Below, piece after piece: positions 60,294 to 64,000 of a stretch of 64,000 nucleotides of DNA. Below the pieces are notes generated by a model that saw only the letters and a program-made list of their open reading frames with translations, did no database searches and had not been told where the DNA came from. Within the stretch, counting starts at the first letter, position 1; every line of letters starts with the position of its first letter. Source of the DNA: an uncultured Nitrososphaeraceae archaeon (lineage in GTDB: Archaea > Thermoproteota > Nitrososphaeria > Nitrososphaerales > Nitrososphaeraceae); contig CAVXZB010000048.1 in assembly GCA_963765895.1 (NCBI GenBank), forward strand, positions 99,474 to 163,473, read 5' to 3'. The position numbers and the translations under genes are program-made.

Positions 60294-61240
60294 GGCTGTG
60301 TAGAAACCATCTCATACAGTCAAAGCTTTGTAAGAGTATAATACCAATAGTCTATTGAAAGAATCAATGTACGTCAGACTTGCAGGTACTATGTTCCGTG
60401 TTTTGAAGCATGCAAGGATTCCTCTATTTTCTAACAGGAAAAGTAATCACATATTTACAATATGGAGCACATAGTTCTAGTTGCTATACGACAGTATGAA
60501 GGTAAGAGTTATAGAATGTTTGTCGAGTGGTTAATTGAAGCCTATTACCTAAGGTCATTTCTACGGTTGTCACGTATTCCTCATTTTACAACATTGCAAA
60601 AGTTTACAGATAGAATCAATAATTCATTGCTTGAAAAGATAATTTCGTCATTCATTGTAATTAGTGGTACCAAGCATATCTTTGCAGGAATAGATTCAAC
60701 AGGATTTAAGATAACTCATGCATCACAATATTATACTGATCGAACAGAATTGAGAAGAAAATATGCGAAATTATCTATTGGAGTAGATGTATTACAACAA
60801 ATCATATGTACAATTAAGATAAGACGAGCTCCAACAAGGCATGATAATGTAGATTTCAGGCCAATTATAACAAGGACATCAAATATTCTTCCATTATCTG
60901 TAGTTACAGCTGATAAGGGTTACGATAGTGAAGATAATCACCTTCTCGTAAGAGAGGACTTACATGCATTCAGTATTATTCCTGCTCGATATGAACATGT
61001 ACCGATGTGGAGAACACATGGTAAGTACAGAAAGCAGATGAAGCGTGGTTACTCCAAATTGCTGTACAATCAACGAAACAAAGATGAAACCATAATATCA
61101 GTTATAAAACGACTATTTGGAGAGCATCTTATGTCTAGATTGACTAGAATGCAGAACAGAGAGTTATCATTTAGATGTATCACCTACAATATGCATAGAC
61201 TGACTAATCTTGTAATATTGATGACGTTTTCTACATAGTC
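60294..61240 (+). mobile_element. IS5-family insertion sequence
   Basis: Imperfect IRs GGCTGTGTAGAAA / GACTATGTAGAAA; 947 bp. Confidence 0.85.
60367..61238 (+). CDS. IS5-family DDE transposase (frameshift near 60466)
   Basis: IDSTG, ADKGYDSE, Y..R...E...S.IKR. Confidence 0.9.
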
Positions 61241-61263
61241 TAGTATTTATATTGATTTTATAA

Positions 61264-62786
61264 TCAACTATGTCGTTTTTCATTCTGCTCTCGCTGGTCG
61301 CTAGAAATTGTTGTCGAGGATGTTCTTATTCTTGTTCTTGATACAGAAAGTGCCATAGCAACAGATGCTATTGACACTAGTGCTGCAGTGATAAATATCA
61401 AGTTGTACGCATGGTCAGTTGGGAAAAGGCCAATAATTCCAGGCGCTGTTCCTTTATATGCCTCCTGGAACACTCCAGAAAGGGCAGGCCCCACTGACAT
61501 TCCAACAAGGTTGAGTAACAGAGTCATTCCCAATGCGATTCCAGTCATTTGTATGGGCACTGAAAGAAGTATTAAGTTAAATGCGCCTGTAATCGAAAGA
61601 GATAGACCCGCAGAGAGTATGGCAAGTCCAATAGAAACTGTATTTTCGGTGGAATGATATAACAGTAGGACAAAGAATCCGATCGTGCTGATTGCGGTGC
61701 CAAATAGCATCAGCTTAGTATTCTTGACTATATTTAAAATAAAGCCTGACATGATTGTTCCAACTAATAGAACAGTCATAAATGGCAACTGTACCCTTGC
61801 GACTGTAATTGCATTGCCTCCAAATCCAAATGGATGCGGACTTCTTACCATGATAGGGATCGTCAGGTACACCATGAAAATAGACATAAATACCAGCATT
61901 AGAATAATAGTTGGAGCCAGGAAACTTTTGTTTCTCATTAAATTGAAATCAAGCAAGGGTGAATACACTCTTTTTTCAATAATTACAAATGCTGTGAGTG
62001 ATATTCCAGACGCAATAAAGAGTCCTATAACCTTGTACACTTCACCGTAACTATTGCCTTCAAGTAGGGTTATACCAGCCAGAAATGTGATTATCGTGGT
62101 CGCTAGAGCCAGCGTTCCTTTTAGATCAAATTCAGTACCGGATTTTATGTTATTATCATCATTAGTAACCTTAATTCCAGTATCAATTGATGCGGGATCG
62201 GCAATTCGTATGAATTTTGCTATTATAAACCAGAGTACATTGGAGCAGGAAGAATAGCCAGGAATGTTGCCTGCCAGCCAAAATTTTGGATTATGGCTGC
62301 ACCACCAACCAGACCTACTACCGCGCCCCCAGAAAAAGTCGAGGTAAATATAGTCTGGCCTATCGCAAGTCTTTTCTCAGGGAGTACTTCTCTAATGATT
62401 CCAAATGCAATCGGGAACATAGCCATTCCGACTCCCTGCGCTGCCCTTGCTGCGAGCATAAATTCTATATTAGTAGCAAATCGTCCTGCCAAGATACCAA
62501 CTGTATAGACTGCCATTATTATGAGCAATATTTTTTTCTTGCCATAGATGTCAGACAGCTTCCCTCCAATTGGCGTCATAACTGCTGTTGCAATTATATA
62601 GGCAGACAGCAGTCAATGATGTGCTGTATGAGGTATTAAATTTATGAATAAAAATCCGGAATGGCTGGCAAAATCATAGTCTCGTCAAACATAACGATAA
62701 GTCCTAGGGAGGTCAAGGATGATTAGTATTTTCCATCCTGAGCTACGGCCCTCTTCTTCCTTTTCTTCCTCACCTAGACTAGGCAT
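61264..62786 (-). pseudogene. DHA2-type MFS transporter with several frameshifts
   Basis: GKLSDIYGKK, ARAAQGVG, EKR...PLLDF; broken into at least three frames, possibly by assembly error. Confidence 0.8.
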
Positions 62787-64000
62787 CTTTATTCATCAAC
62801 TCGCACTAGGTTATCCACTAATATCTATTTAATTCTAAATGAGTCTATGATTTACGTCAATCTCTATTGCTGTTAGTTCATGAACTAGCACATTAGTTAC
62901 GTCTTCCTAAAATCTTTCCCACAGTAATTACAATTGATCAATTACGTGGATTCCTATAGCAGTAAAGAATGGAGAGGATCCGAGTGATAACATAACTTTT
63001 ATAGAGGAAATTGCTTGCACCTAAACTTCACAGCAAGTCAATCGAAGCATTATTTCAAAATATAACATCTTGTTTTGACAGGGTCTTTTCTCCAATAATA
63101 GAAGTAGTCTCAAGCATACGACTATGAGAGACAAACAGTTAAGTAAAGGAAGTAACTATCTCCTAGTAAACTAGTTACGGCATTAATAATACTATTCATT
63201 TACATTTTTCTCCTCATTCGATAATTATTGCCATTGCAGACAAACTCTACGTCATTATGTTAAGTGCGGTACACTACGGTTGTTAGTAACTGTTAAGTAA
63301 CCTAGTTACTATATGTACTGTATAATTGTACTCAATATGACATATTTTCTGCATTACTTGTTTGTAAATTGCGTTCAGAAATTTCTTATTAAACTCGTAA
63401 TATTTCTAAAGCAGTATGTCTTATGTATCGAGGTTTCTTTCCAAAGGCATATATTATAACATATATGATGTACACACAATCGTCAATTAATTTCATGATC
63501 GCTTTTCTACGGTTCATAGAATTAGATTATGGCTTCCTGCCCTGACTCGAATCAACGGAATCTACCTATTATATGGAGTAACAACGATATCACTGGAACC
63601 TTAATTGACACAGACTTCTCAGAGATCTTGAATGGTCATCGTTACTATTGCCCAGTATCGCTTACTTAAATCTCCACTTTGATTGAGTGCTAATGTCACT
63701 ATTAAGGATATAAAAACATCAAAAAGCCTTACTGTAAATGGGGTAGAAATTGTTAAATTGCCAATACCCGGTGAATTAAGCCTTTTAGTTAATATTACTT
63801 TCAGGCAGCAACTATATAAAATCAGAGAAAATAATAATATCGATAATATTGCACCGAACAAATTGGAAATATTAGTTTTAACATCAGGATGTCACCGATT
63901 AATGTCCATATTACAAATTCAAGCGCTCAAATATGATTCTCGAATTACTGATCCTACTTATAGAATTTACTTTTGGAAGATTAAAATAGATTTTATACAT

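Overview
AT-rich archaeal chromosome segment. Gene content (Cdc6/Orc1, PolD DP1, CdvA, ThyX, FEN1, CDC48, DUF6659-type roadblock proteins, MEDS and receiver proteins) points to an ammonia-oxidising Nitrososphaeraceae-like thaumarchaeote; the taxon is my inference. The first ~21 kb is mostly core: a replication origin with ORB boxes before cdc6, then DP1, cbiE, acs, cdvA, thyX, fen and cdc48. The rest is an accessory region of small secreted low-complexity proteins, signalling domains, redox enzymes, transporters, two IS elements (IS6, IS5 family) and many decayed genes the ORF track misses. These include three tyrosine-integrase relics, a PriX-like primase relic, a PolB2 fragment, an AAA fragment and a GC-rich bacterial-type TrxB fossil. 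The most novel-looking element is a tandem pair of signal-less HiPIP-like 4-Cys proteins (42739-43442), lying between a TrxR-like flavoprotein and an NADPH-FMN reductase. Also notable are a dense TTAAC motif array inside the origin and an in-frame integrase::PolB2 junction. Single-base indels break even essential genes, so many frameshifts are probably long-read assembly errors. No rRNA, tRNA or CRISPR array was seen. Family calls come from motif recognition, not database searches.
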